NCBI GenBank assembly: GCA_964247055.1
Contig: OZ176059.1
Coordinates: 62,001-126,000 of the forward strand
Reading direction: 5' to 3'
Length of the DNA: 64,000 nt
Origin: Paragordius varius
Taxonomy: Eukaryota > Animalia > Nematomorpha
In this document: positions 13,150 to 27,290 of the stretch, one piece after another
Layout: every line of letters starts with the position of its first letter
Numbering within the stretch: position 1 is the stretch's first letter
The notes under the pieces: generated by a model
Told to the model about the DNA's origin: nothing
The model's input: only the letters and a program-made list of their open reading frames with translations
Database searches by the model: none
Made by a program: the position numbers and the translations under genes

Positions 13150-15450
13150 ATAACAGCTTTTAATAATAATTACATTATATGATATCACTCTTGAGCGGTC
13201 ATATCCGTAATCTTTTTCGCCATAGAACCCTGTCTATGGCGTCCTTGCGTTTTAAGTTCCGTTTTGCCATGTTTCTATAAATCGTATCAATCCATCGCGT
13301 TTTAATGCACCCTTTTCCACTACCTTTCTATATATATATATATATATATTTCAAAAAATTTACCAATGTATTTACCATCTCTTTTTTCTAAGTGTCCATC
13401 TAAGATAATTTAACATCTCTTTTGCGTATCGGCTTAATTTCCGTATTTCCTCTAATATATAAATTCCTCACCTTGTCTTTTCGCGTTAAACCACACATCA
13501 ATCTAACCATATTCAGTTCAGTAACTGCAAAGTAGGTCTGAAAGTAATACATCATTGGCTGTAAAACGGCACTGTACATCCTACTCTTGACATTTAGAAC
13601 AATATTCTCGCCCAATACAAATTCGTATCATAAGTTAAAGAATCATCTGCTGTAAAATCGCTCTTAATTTGCATTCCCCTTCACCTTTTAACACTCAACC
13701 TCTTCTAATTCTATTTTTTTTTTTCACCAAAATTTATAAATTGGTTTTTTATAAACTTTTACCCACACCGTCGTAATACATCACTCCATTTTCTCACCAA
13801 CTTTTTCAATTTATGAAACTCGTATAATATCAGCCATCACATATTCCCATTTCTTTAGTAACTTCTTCCATGCATATAATAAATATCAACGGACTGATTC
13901 TTAACCTCTGATAAACACCTTGATTTATTTCAATAAGATATGGCACTCCCTGCGTGTTTTAATTTTGGTATGATGAGAGCTTTACATGCTTTAAGAATTT
14001 ATATGTAACTTTCATTTACGCTTGTTTAACTCCACTATATTTTATTCCGTGGTATTATCAAACACTTTTTAAATATCCATTAAAATTACAAACTCCTTTT
14101 TCAATTTATATGCATTTTAATTAATCTTCTTACTGCGTACGGATTGATGGTGGACTCTCCAATATAAACAAATTGATTACCCTCTATTACTAATTATTGA
14201 ATGAAACATCCATATCCCTCTATTGTTATATCATTTTATCATCTTTACCCTTAAAATGGGAATAGTAAAAATCTCCTTCTATTCGGATGATATAATACCT
14301 GTAGTAGTTTAAAATTTAGTTCATTCTTTGATATTATTTTATAACAGTATGTTAATATAGTCTGGACCAGCAGCTTAAGAAATCTCTTCTAAACCAACGT
14401 GGACTTCTTCTTTTGTTATACTTTTAATATGCGCAGATATATAATCGGGTGTTTCGGGTAAATTCGTTTTACTGACGCCCAATTCTGTGTCCTGGAAATA
14501 TACTTTCCACCTCCTCGGTTTTATCTTCCTCAACGAGTAATTACCATTTTTGTCCTTAATCCAGCTTTCTTCAGTGTCTTTGTCAATAAAAACTTGTTTA
14601 GACTTTGCTTATATTCAACTCCTCATATAATGATTATATTTTCTCTTTTTTGACCATTCTCCCAAGCCTTTTAAGTTCTTAATTCATCTTTTTATTTTTA
14701 TCCTTGTCTTCTGCTAGGTGGTAATACTCCATTCGAAAGCTATACTTTCTCTCGCGATAATAAAATTATTCTTTTATCTTTCAGGCATGCCTTTCTATAC
14801 ACCTGATTTCTACCAATTTTCATTCCACACACCTTAAGTCCTGTCTTTCTAATTGTTTTAGTCACTGAGACCAAACTTTCTATAATTCGCTCTGTCTAGT
14901 ATGCCTTTTAAATCCCTAATTATCTTCGGGGTATAGTCTTACGCTTTTTAACATTAAATGGCATATATGTCATATATTTACATATAATAAAATTAGATTG
15001 TGTACTAACCTGCAGGTTAGGCATTACCTTGCACATCGCATACTTTAAAACCTTTAGCGGTACAATGATATAATCGATTTGTGACTCTTATTTCTTTATG
15101 TAAAGCAATTTTTATTGCCAAGCCAAAGCTCAAAACCCCTTTTATTCGGTCTCACATGTCCATTATTACCACAAAATGAGTTCTCTCGGTAACAAAATTA
15201 TTTCACCGTCCAACAAAAAAATTATCTCTCCAGTTTAGTCAACCCTATCTGAGGAGCATAAATGCTAAAAATGGTAAAACTCTTATAATAGCTTACAAAT
15301 ATATCCTTTCGGCAAATCTTGGACACACTATTATGACGGCCCACTGCAAACATCCTTAAACATGAATCACTAACGACTTATAGGGAGAATGAATAAAAAG
15401 GAAACCCTTTAAGTGTTTTCTATGCTCACTTTTTCAAAGAAAGAGTCTCC
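13150..15450 (-). mobile_element. Degenerate RTE-type LINE (endonuclease-RT remnants)
   Basis: The ORF at 13400-13615 (KSRMYSAVLQPMMYY...ELNMVRLMCGLTRKDKVRNLYIRG) is the characteristic RTE C-terminal region. A GPD motif lies near 14385. There are many stops and frameshifts. Confidence 0.8.
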
Positions 15451-16608
15451 TTTATAATTTAAATAAAAAAACATCTGTATTACCCTTGTGTTTCCTAGAA
15501 CCTATATTACCTAAGATACCTTCTAGTATAATAACTTTAAACTAATATATATTAAATATCCTATAGCTTTAAATGGATCTATGATTCATATGTAGTATTA
15601 CGAAAAATAAGCTTATAAAAAATAAAATCGAACTTTTCATAGAAACAAAATATTTACGAAATTGATCAAACTAGAAAGGCAATTGATAACATGAAAACCG
15701 CAATTATAAAATATAATCAAAGTACTGCCGGAAACTTTATTATAAAAGATCGCACGGAATCGGAAATATTTTCTTATATTATTTGGACAATCTAATCCAC
15801 ATTTTATAATAATAAATAGCTTAAAGTTTGATTTACACATTTTTCTATAAAATAATGGTTTATTATTATACGAATTTTTATTTGACGAGAATCACATAAG
15901 ATACTAATTGACTCAATTTTTGTGGCTTGAACAAAAATAAGATAGTTAAAAAGTGCACCCCAAAAACTAGACCAATAAAAATTTGATGCCTTAGATTTGC
16001 GAAAAATCTTAAAAAAATTCTATTTTTTTCGCGGACTTAGGGCTCCTCCTCTCTTTTCACCGGAATCAGGGAAAGTGTATTTTGTTATGAAGTTTATTGC
16101 TTTCTTTAAATCGTAGAAATTGTTTCATATAAGATATATTGATTCCCTTATGTGTTATATTTTTTGTGTCTTAACAAATTTGTAAATATCTACACCGCAG
16201 TCCAAATATAGTAGAATCTAAAATATTAACATAAAAATTACTTTAAATCTTGAGATATATAAAATGTATCTGAAAAGCTTGAATTTTTTACTGATTGAAT
16301 ATAATAAAAATATAATATGATTTCAAAACCGTATAGCTCTATGCCTTGTTGGATCCTACCATCGATTGTTATGAAATTTATAAAAGGATGATATTTAGTA
16401 TCCTAAAAAATATGTAGGTTTCTCAATCAAAATCACTTAACAAGTGTTTCTTTAAAAAACTAATGTTAATTTTTTAGGGTTTAATTAAGAAATCTCTTAA
16501 AAAAGCTAAGGAAAAGTGTTTCCTATTGAATACCTCCACCCATAGTTACTACGGTATCTAGTCTCCTGAATGCAAAAAATTTATCTTTTTAATCTCCACA
16601 GTTTTAAC

Positions 16609-16895
16609 TACAAAAACTAAAATTATACGGACAAAACGTAAAAACATAATAACGAAAATTTTTTTTAAAAGACAACAATACTTTTTAAATCTAATAGATT
16701 CATATCAATATAACTAATTGTTTTAAATAGCAAAGTGTGAAATAGATATATATACTAATACAATCAATTTTATATATTATAATTGTAACTTAGCTTATAT
16801 GAGAAAAATTTAGATATATATAAAAGTATTGTCTTAAAAAAAAATATTTGTCTTTATATTTTTACGTTTTGTCCGTATAATTTCAATTTTTACTG
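16609..16895. mobile_element. ~250-300 bp MITE with terminal inverted repeat (TIR) CAGTAAAAATT..AATTATACGGACAAAACGTAA (Tc1/mariner-like, often TA-flanked)
   Basis: Inverted termini aattatacggacaaaacgtaa / ttacgttttgtccgtataatt. Further full or partial copies lie at ~7440-7700, 8320, 9100, 42148, 53530-53753, 53820-54065, 54150-54418, 55615-55870 and 57340-57598. Confidence 0.8.
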
Positions 16896-17236
16896 TAATT
16901 CATATAGCTTTTCATAACGATCCAACATTATTGTTAAAACATACTCTACAACATCATTGGCCCCTACCTCCCGTGAAGCGACTGGCTAGGTCTGGCTTTC
17001 AGGCTTCATAAACAGAACCCAAAAAATACAATTAAAAAGATAGTGAAAAAAATATAATAAATGAATTAAATACTAAATTATATAGAGGACTTGAAAATAA
17101 AATGAAACCGAAATAAATCAAATAAATTAAAAAATGATATATACCTAAATTAGCGATACATATTACAACTCACAAGATCTAAAGAAACTTTTCCAAGTTA
17201 AATTTTATATTTTTAGATCCAAGATCTAGTCTATCA

Positions 17237-18892
17237 CAGTGGCGAAGCTAGGGGTGTGGAAAGGAGGGCTGATGCAGCGGGCGCCATAGTTAAAGGGGCG
17301 CCAGTTTTTAAAATTTTTGACTTTTATTTCAATGAAATAGGTATTTAAAAGTTATTATTTTAGATAATACATGAAAAATCACCCATTTATGATTGAGCCT
17401 TCAATCTTATCGAAATTCTCCTTTTATTAAGATTTAAATCTATCTGTTTCATATCTATATTTATTATAACTCCACTTTCAAGCGCCTACTATTCTTGACC
17501 TCCTGTTTATATCATTCATGGAACCCACCTTCAAATATTTGCTTCAAATCACCAAAGTGTCAGAAAGTATAAGATCATTACTAATATTGATGTTCTTTTA
17601 AAATTATAAAATGCAAAATTGATATAATAAGAAAGAGTAAATTTCCCAAATCAAGACTGGCACATCATCTTGCTTTTTTCTTTTTTTCCCTTCATTATTT
17701 TGCTGCTCAATAGCAACTTTGATCTTTTAATTCTTGAATTAAAACTTTTTATATTATCCGATTTTCCATTAGAGGGGTATGACATATGAATATATATTTA
17801 TTTTGATATAACTATTTTCAACTATTTTAAAATAAATAATGAACCACACAGCTTAAAGTATTTTTACACATGCCATCAAATATATTTTATAAATCGATAT
17901 TAATAAATGAATTAGAGTTACGTTACCGGTTAACAATTAAGTTTGTTTTTATGGCTATTTTAACGTATAATTTTTTAACTGTTACCTCAAAAAAAAGAAA
18001 AAATAAGATTTTAGATCAAAATCTAGTGGAACCGTTTTGGAATTAAAATCAATTAAAAAAATAGAACAGGAACCGAAATTAGAAAAAAAACTAACTAGGC
18101 CCAAAACGATTCCTGTTTGAATTTTAATATACTATCTAAAGATTTGATATTTTTTAATTCTATTCCAATGGTTCGATATCTATTTTAATCTCGACGGGTA
18201 GGATAGGTAAATAGTTCTGCGAAAAATAATTATTTAAATTAAATTATATTATCAGGAATGCCTATTTAACGCTTAAGATAAAAAACAAAAAATGAAAGCT
18301 AATCATACCGCGCAAAAAATAAGAGAAAGGTTACAATCATATTTGCATAATGCTAATAATCATAATACCAATTCCACTTTACTGCCAAAAAACGGCGCCT
18401 CATTTTTCGACAGTAGCCATACAATAGAGGACCTTATTAAATGCTAGGGAAATAAATGTGAATTATGTATATATGCTATAATTATGTCTAGGGCAGTCTT
18501 CATGGAAACTAATATTTAATTTTTGAAAAATTTTGATGATTTTAATACCTAAAGATGGCCATTCTCCGGACGTAAGTCTTTTTCAAATTTTTTAGTCGGG
18601 TCACGCATTCGAATGCACTTTGATTACTGCTTGTATATAACATTTACATAAACGAACTTTTCGCGCAGAAACTAATATCATTTTTTTTAATTTCTGATAA
18701 ATTTGCTAATCAAGCCGTCGTTTTCAAAGAGTTGTATGTGCATGTTCTTTCCGGTTTCTGTTTAGGACGGGCGACATTCGTCCCGCTCATTTGAATTTAA
18801 TTTTATTTAAAAAAGCAAGGGGTTCTATGGAGGGGAGATGGTCCCATCACAGATTCATGCACCCGGCGCCAGAAATGCAAGTTACGCCTCTG
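17237..18892. mobile_element. Non-autonomous hAT element
   Basis: TIRs cagtggcgaagct / revcomp cagaggcgtaact. The flanks gtctatca and gtctcacc match at 5 of 8 positions (decayed 8-bp TSD). GC-rich subterminal blocks are present. Confidence 0.7.
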
Positions 18893-19363
18893 GTCTCACC
18901 ACTGAATTGGTTGGGAAAATGAATTTTTAAAGTCGAAAAATAGATGCGATGGTTAATTCATATAGACTTATACAGACCTATATACTTAAACATTTGGATA
19001 TTATATTGTAATTTACAATTGTAATTTAAAGCTCTATTATACTAAATGTTGTATGAAAACCATTGAATGAAAAGTCACCAAACAAAATGAAAATCAGGGA
19101 ACTCAATAGAGAGTGCCTGGTGTATTTATTTCTTCCATGTTTTGGGGTTGTAGGCGTCTTTAACATTTTTCGTTCCTCAACATCTTCTGTGATTTTGTGC
19201 CATATTTTAAAAGGACAACCTGGTAAATTTTTGAATCTAATTATTAATGTTGCATCTTTCTCAATATATTATCGTTTCTTGGCTTAATGTGTCCTAACCA
19301 GCTTAGTCTTTGGGATTGGAATATATGATCAATTGGGTCTTTTTGAAAGATTGCGTAGGCGTC

Positions 19364-22182
19364 TGATAGATTTGAATACACCAGTTAGCTAATTTTAGAC
19401 TAGACAAATTTATATATAGGATTTGCATACTTTTTGATGACCTTTTATATTTGAATTAAACTATTGTATCAATTTTGTATTTAACATGCACACGTTATTG
19501 TACCTTGGTTTAACATCACCGCTAATTTTATATAGTTTTGTTTTTGTATTTTATCTCAATAAATATTTTTGTTCGGTTTCTCGAGTGACCACATTTGGCG
19601 CGGTCGTTTTATATCATTACATTCGCGTGGAGAAATTCAGTCTGGAAGCATATGATTCGGCAACCATCTTTGATGAATATATCGTTTATATAAATAGAAT
19701 GTTAAAAGTGAAATTTATTCAAGGAGATGACAAAACAAAAAAAACTTGTTATTGGCCTACATCGGTCTATCCCATATTTAAAGTCGAAGAAATTCTTTTA
19801 TCGCGTACAAGAAGTGGGCTGGGATGCTTTGGTAGCGGTTGAAAAAATATATTTGCTCCGACATACATGTGTTTGCAGCCAGATTCCAGTTTACGCAACT
19901 CCGGAGAGAAGCCACAGAATCAGTGATGGATTATTTTCGGTAAAGGAATGTGCTGCCCGATGCAACTTTGGGCAAGATGCAATGCTAAGAATCAGAGATG
20001 GGTTTGTTGGAGGATTACAACTCAAAAGATTGGAAATAGATCTGTTCACGAAATTTTCAAATGCAATGTTTGATGGGAAACCTGTTACGTTGGAGATGGT
20101 GGTAGAAATGGCAATGGCGTACAAAAAGGCGGATAGTTGTTTGATTAAACAGGGTTCTGACCATAAGCAGGTGATGATAATAAAGAAGAAGTGTGGAAAA
20201 TGTGGATTGCATGCGATCAACTGTTCGCTCCAAACAAAGAGTGTTACCGATGCAAAGGACGAGGTCATTAGGTGTTGATGGCGAGTTAATATAGTGAATG
20301 GTAACAATAATAAAATGAAGCCCGGACGCAAGCAAGTCTGAATGGCCATTGGGTGAGGATGTTATACGATACCGGAGCTCAAATATCATTGATTGGGAAA
20401 AGCACGTGGATGGAGATTGGAAGGTCGACCTTAGCACCCGCGGGTCTATTAGTTGGGTTTAACCATCAAGGTGTAGAGGCGATGGGACAATGCGTGCTAG
20501 ATGTTAACTGGATTGGTATGGTCAAACAGTTGGAATGTATGGTTACCAGGGAGGATTGGTATAACATTTTTGGGTTACCGTGGATGAAAAGCTTTCAATG
20601 TAGATTTCCAGATGATGTCTGTGTAAAGAATGTTAGTTATGTTGCTTTAAACATATTTAAGGATTTGTTTTGTGATGGTATTGGGTGTTACACGGGACCA
20701 CTCATCAAGTTGTTTCTCAAAAAAAGTAGTATCCCCAAAAGATTTGCAGCTGTACCTATTCCGCTTCAATCTAAGGTGGAGAGTGAATCAAAGAGGCTTG
20801 AAAGTCTGGGTATCATTGAGGCCAAAAACCTAAACACGAATTGATTGGGTAACTCCGTTGGTGATAGTTAAGAAGAATGATAATGATATTCGCATATGTG
20901 GTGATTTTAGAGTTACTGTTAACCGAAGTTCGGTTCCTGTCGATCATTTGATTCCAACGTTTGATCAGTTAGTGTTTAAAATCGGGCAGGGAAAACTTTT
21001 TACGACCTTAGATCTAAAAAGAGTGTATTGGCCAGGTATAAACGAAGACATCGAAAGTTATGTGAGATCTTGTATGGGGTGTCAGTTAAACCGGGGTAAC
21101 ATAAAAGGCAATCCCACGTACGAATGGAATTTTAATACGGGTATCTGGGAACGGGTACATTTGGATATTGCCGGTCCTATTGATGGGTTTTATTGGTTTG
21201 TAGCTATCGATAGTAGCTCCAGATGGGTTGATGTCGAATTGCTAGGAACTGTTAATTCTGCAAACATATTACATTGGTTAGAAATTTGGTGTGTAAGGTA
21301 CAGGTTTCCCCGAATGATAGTTACCGATAATGCATCATATTTTGCATCGAAGGATTTAAAAGATATCTTGCAACGAGCAAACATTAAACATGTCACTAGT
21401 GCCCCCTATCATCCACGAACAAATGGGCTGGTGGAACGGGTTATTTACACCTTAAAAGAACACTATTAATCACTAACGGATTCTAAGCTGACTCCTGACA
21501 AAAAATAAATCAAGTGTTATGGGGTTATCGCTCCGCCGTACATAGCGCCACAAAAGAGTGCCCGTATAACTTATTTCTGAAAAGAAATATAAATACCCCT
21601 TTTTTGGGTTAGGGAAACACCTTCACAACAATTAGAGGACGACATTATACCCAATCAAGTTTTTACGGACGAAGAAGTGTACATAAAGAATGAAATCAAT
21701 TCGGGGTGGAGAAAAGTTTTAATTTTGGAGAGAACAGGGGTACTCTCGTACACGGTAAAAGATAGAAATCGAACTCTTCGCAAACCGGATCAATTACGGC
21801 CGACCGGCGTCGAGAACGGCGGAGATGGGGATGATGGTGGTTTAACGATAAACCAAACGGATGAATGTGTTACAACCAATAATCGGGAGGTGGGGAAGGA
21901 ACAAAGCAAAGAAAACGAGAAAGACACCCAGGTTGAAATGAAAACGGAAAAGACAATTGAGAAAGAACCTGAAAGAAGATATCCTCCTAGGGAAAGAAAA
22001 GCACCAGATTGGCTGGGATTCGGATAAGGAGATATGATAGATTTAAATACATCAGTTAGCTAATCTTAGACTAACAAATTTATATATTAGATTTGAATAC
22101 ATTTTTGATGACAATTTTATTTAGTTTAGTTTTTGTATTTTATCTCAATAAATATTCTTGTTTTACGGTTTCTCGAGTCACA
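19364..22182 (+). mobile_element. Two-LTR, internally deleted Ty3/gypsy (Mag-like) retrotransposon, 2.8 kb
   Basis: 5' LTR 19364-19593 and 3' LTR 22035-22182 (both TG...CA). Perfect 5-bp TSD GCGTC at 19359-19363 and 22183-22187. PBS TGGCGCGGTCG at 19596. Polypurine tract ataaggagata at 22024-22034. Order is gag, protease (LYDTGA), RT start, integrase. Confidence 0.95.
19600..22027 (+). pseudogene. Frameshifted gag-pol: gag, aspartic protease, RT N-terminus fused to integrase
   Basis: Gag CNFGQDAMLRIRDGFVGGL and CGKCG knuckle; protease DTGA; RT IRICGDFR...KLFTTLDLK joined directly to integrase YWPGINEDIESYVRSCMGC, WERVHLDIAGP, IVTDNA and PYHPRTNGLVER. Confidence 0.9.
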
Positions 22183-25100
22183 GCGTCAAAATTATTATTG
22201 AAACTTTTGGATAAGTTTAATGTAAAAGTATTGTCTGGAGGATTTAATATCTGTTCCTAAAATTTTATTTTTATTAGTTTTAGTCAACGGGCATGTTTCT
22301 GCGCCGTATGTAAGGGCTGGTCGTATCGCTGTAGTGTACATTTTTGCTTTGTAATGTTTATTAATTTGTTGTTATGCTTGATTTAATGGTATTTTTCCAC
22401 TCTTATTGGATCGGTGTTTTATTCATTAACTATACCTCCTTTAGTGGTAATAACGTGGCGGAGGTATATAAAGGAATCTACTGTTTTAATTTGCATGTGG
22501 GTTGTAAATAATTGGTTTTGCACTTTGAATGGATGTTAACTCATTCCATGGTTTACATAGGAAGTGTAGAATGTCCAAGGATCGGACAAAAATACTTTTT
22601 GTGTACCCACAAACTGCAACGTGTGCACATTAAGGAGTTAAATTTGATATCTTTGCTACAAACACTACAGGCATACTTTGTTTTTTACCAATAGCGTCTG
22701 TCATAATTTAGTTTTGCTAAGATCTTCAAGACCAACTTCAAGAATAGATTTCCAAATTTCCAAATAGTGTACAAGGTCTACTTGGGATGTGGAAGTACGT
22801 AAAGAATCGTCGGCGAACAAGATCTGCCACGCTAACCCTGTCCTAATGACGCCTGTAATTTTATCTAGAATTACATTGAAAAGTATAGGGCTCGTAACGG
22901 AGCCTTGATTCAAGCCGGAATCGATTTGGAATTTTTGAGTAAAGCCATAGGCAGTTTTTATCTAGGTATAACTATTGTGGTAGAGATCCATAATTGCCTG
23001 TTTGATTTATTCTTCGCACCCATTTCTCCTTAAAGCCCATGGTATTAGTGTTCTGGTTACACTATCAAAAGCCTTCTCTAGGTCGACAAAGGCTAATGAA
23101 GTGGAGATTTATTGGAATGTGCCGTTTGTAACACTCTTAATATAAATATAGCATCTATTGTATTTTATTATTGATAAAACCTATTGGCATATCGTTTGTT
23201 TGTAGTTTATTTTTGAGTTTGTCGAGCCGAATCATTTCATATATTTTCAATGAATGTTCTAAAATTTTGAAAGGCCTGTATCATTGGGATGACATGGATC
23301 GCCTTTCCCTTTGTAAATTGGAATTATAAAACTATCTTTCCTTTCATCAGGGATCTTGTCTGTTTTAAGTATATTATTAAACATATAGGGAGTTTAGGAC
23401 TTATTATGGCCGGGTCAATGCATTTAATTAAGTCGACACAAACGTTCGCATAAGCCGGGTGTTCTTTTGTATTTTAGTTTGGATGGAGCTTTTACTATGT
23501 CGTTTAGATTTAACTCTGCACAACCCTGGACAGATAAGGAGTTAGTGTAGTTAACTACTTAAATAGAATGGTTTAGAGACGCTTTAAAATAGTCATGAAA
23601 CTTTGATATCGAGTTGCGGATCAAAGCTGATCACATTGGATATGCGTGTGGCATTTGAAAGTTTTCGTTCATTACATTCATTTAAACTCTTTGCCCATTT
23701 GTAGACTTTTTGTGGCTTACTTTTTTCTCTATATGGTTGGCAAAATCGATGACTAGGGTATTTTTCCAACGACGCAGTATTTTTTGCGCCTCACGCTTTG
23801 CTTGTAGATATGAATTTTTTATTTAAATTTTCATGATCATTATCAGACCCTGTAGTCATTGTTTTTGGTGGCAAAATGTTTAACACTGTTTTCAAACCAT
23901 CATTTATATTTTTGTTTGGAGGGCTGAGCTTTTTTAGTGTGGCGTCCTACTACTTAAAAAATTTAACGCATTAGGCTGAATTGAAAAATATGTTCTAGTC
24001 TTTTGGGCGCGTTATACAAAAAAAACTTTAACAAAATGTAATTTTTTAAAAATCCTTATCTCATGGCGCCATTTTTTTATATATTACTTTTATTAAATCG
24101 CTATTGAAACAGGCAAATGATTGCTATGATAAGAAATTGTAGATAATTTAAAAAGCTTTCAGACCACATTTTACCAGCAAAAATTTGATGTATTTATCAT
24201 TTTAATATCAGCTCTTTGTTTCAATAGTGTTTTGAAGCTGTTATTTCAGACTCTATAAGTCAATTAAAAGATATGTTTTTTTCACTGATACATAAAAAAA
24301 ATGTTTGATAATTATTTTAACAAAAATAACTTTCATTTTGGTTTATTTGCAAAACTAAGCTCTGGGATATAAAACTACATAAAATGTATACCTAAGGCGA
24401 AAAAAACCTTAAGGTAATAAATTGTTAATCAATCCGAGTTGATAGAAACGTTCAGCATCGAATTATATGGAAAGAGTTTTTTTTTAATACGTCTTCATAC
24501 CGTTTCCTTGTGCCTCAAATAGTATGAAGGCTTTGACAAGATTTTGCAAAAAATCAATTTTGAAAAAAGTATGCTTTTTTAAAAAATAATTTTAAGTGCT
24601 ATCAAAATTAATCATATATTTAAAATCTTTGTTTTATCCCGAAATTCCGTTTATTTTAAAAGAACTAGCCCATTATAAAAAAGCGAAAAACTTGGGACTT
24701 TGAGAGCCCACATCTAAAAATTATAATTTTTGGATATTGTTTTGCTTTTTATATATGTAGTTTATGATAATTTTAGTATTGTTTGGAAAGATGCATTTAG
24801 CTATCAACAAAAATTTTATGCAAAAAAATGTGGGCAAATTTTGTCATTTTCATGAAGTACTTATCAGAAAATTGTAAAGGACTTTTATAAATCCGTAAAG
24901 GCTAAAACCAAAGGCACCATGATGATTCTGATGATACATTTCCTATCAGAATCTATATATAGATATATATATCTCGTTTTTTTGTGGACAGTGAATTAGC
25001 GAAAGCGACCCGTCGAATTTTTTGAGTCAAAAATGCGGCCCACGAAGCAATATAGGTTGGATCTCTTGCTATATAATATAAATGATTTCATTGTTGCCTC

Positions 25101-25371
25101 TACCCTAATATTAATAATCATTTAAAAAATTTAAAAGAGCTTTCGTAGGGCAGAACCCTGGTCTCTCCACAGTGCGCCCAATTTACTACGGCTAAGATAT
25201 AAACTGCCTACCGTAAAATGCTTCAAGTTTAAAAACGACGGGCCACTTAAAAGAACTCATCAAATTTTATACACTCTAATGTAATAAATATTTAAGCCCA
25301 AAAATATGAAGCAATACATACAAAATCTGGGGCAGATCTAAGACACGAACACTTAAATATTTCAAAAAAAA

Positions 25372-26212
25372 TTAATTCAGTTTAAATGATATATTAAAAT
25401 GTTGAATTTTCATATTTATAATTGCTGGCAGCGAATTACTGCCGAAGTACGCGTGTATATTGCTGGTAGAGACAAATGGATTATAAATATCGAGATCCTA
25501 GCGTTAAGATTATGAGGTTTCAATTACTTCTGTTTTGGATATTCAAAATCTTCCAAAATGAGAATTAAATAATTGTTTTAAATATTTATTTAATATTTGT
25601 GGAAAATAACTAACTTTAATAAATCATTGGAAAATGAAATTGATTTAGATATTTTGTGTTATTAATAGTTTTAATTGATTATTAACAATAGCAAGTTGAT
25701 CTCCGACCGAAAGAAGCAATTTTCTACAAGAATTCGCTCTGCATTCGATTGTGTAACGAGACTGATTCTTGGCATAGACAGTTACTTCTGTGGAATATTG
25801 GTTTGGTAAGAGGTGTGACTTGATTTGATCCCAGGTCGTTGCCTTATTACTCCATCTAATATCTAATATAGCGATAAAAGAAAAATATTACACATTAATA
25901 AAAAAAGCATCGAGGTTGGCTTATAACATATATTACGGTCAATTTTATGCAAAAAATTAAATCGTAGTAATTCTAGTCATCAGTAACTAAAATTAACTAA
26001 GAATCTCTAATGAGTGTGAAAATATGTAAAAGGTTATGTGTTTTGACTCATTCTGTATATCAATAATACGCAGGCGAATATTAACTAATGTCCACCAAAC
26101 TACATTTTCTCAATCTAGCGTTAAAATGCATGTTCCAAAGAATTATTAAAACGCTATTTTCTTTAGGTAAATTTTAAAAAAATTGAGATTATATTAAATT
26201 TTATGAAAAATC

Positions 26213-26248
<36 letters not shown>

Positions 26249-26782
26249 GCTATTAGGTGAGATTCTCTATAAAGCTAACCCTGGAAAATTGTGTGTTATC
26301 CGACAACTATCTAAAAAACTAATTTTAATATAATAGTTACATTAGAAAAGCGATTGAGTATCGTTCTTTTCTACTCATAGCCAATTATATATTCTTCTAG
26401 GTTAATTAATAAATACCCTATATGAATTAATAAAAATAAATTTTAATAATATTGCCTTTTATAAAAATTTAAAGGTTAAAGTCAATTCTCTTATGTCATT
26501 TATAATTTTATTATTAAAAATAATACTTTTGGAAATAGTTTTGCACTCTTGAGCTACCAGTTTGATTTCATGAAGAGAATCTGATTTTTTTAGATATATT
26601 TTGTCGTATTTGGATATTTGTGTTCCTGGAACACTTAGTATCAATTGATTTTTGTCCATGGACGTCTTAAATTTGTTCAAATATTCATAAGAAGGGCCGA
26701 GAAGCTCCATCTTTCACATTCCATCCAAGTGTTGAAAAACTAACTGTATTTTCACATTGATAGTATTTCCGCACGCTTGTTG
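25372..26782 (-). pseudogene. Candidate disrupted downstream exons (26782-26685 and 26710-26459, 25862-~25650, 25497-25372)
   Basis: Protein-like open stretches start at AG acceptors: ATSVRKYYQCENTVSFSTLGWNVKDG, SYEYLNKFKTSMDKNQLILSVPG, IRWSNKATTWDQIKSHLLPNQYSTEVTVYAKNQSRYTIECRANSC and DLDIYNPFVSTSNIHAYFG. The first is phase-compatible with a donor at 27325. Joining them needs a frameshift. Confidence 0.35.
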
Positions 26783-27149
26783 CTAATATTCAATAAATTT
26801 AACGTGTTTGTAAAATTTAAGGAGCGTTTGTTATACGGTAATACACCAGTTCTAAGTTTTTAAGCAAGAATACGCTATATGGAATTGACTTGACAAGGAA
26901 TTTTCGATTTAATGTTAATTATTAATATCTTAAGTACTGTTTTAATTTATAGTTCATGTGTGGTAAAAGCAAAATATATTAATGAAAGGTCGGAATATCT
27001 GATTTTTTACACAATGTCATATTAACAAATAGGAATGATGTATTTTTCTATAATATATATTTGTCATAGAAAATATTAATAGTAATAGAACTTACTTAAA
27101 CTTTTAGGCGTATATTTAAAGTTTCCAGCTTTGTCCCACGTTCCTACGT

Positions 27150-27184
<35 letters not shown>

Positions 27185-27290
27185 TAGAGACATTTTCCTT
27201 GCATATGAGATAAATTGGCATAAGGACTTTTGTAAGCTCTAATACTCAGCTACAAGGATAGACAGTCATGACACTTAATGTTAAATATAT

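Larger units (their letters stand above)
19060..23900 (-). mobile_element. Degenerate RTE-type LINE, split by the LTR element at 19364-22182
   Basis: RT motifs AFVDLEKAFDSV (~23050-23100) and QGSVTSPILFN...LFADD (22701-22913). C-terminal LINE-like sequence continues left of 19364. Confidence 0.8.

Noticed and set aside
19891-20437. Minus-strand ORFs of 152 and 126 aa, and plus-strand ORFs at 4643-4929
   Set aside because: They are antisense frames of gypsy gag.
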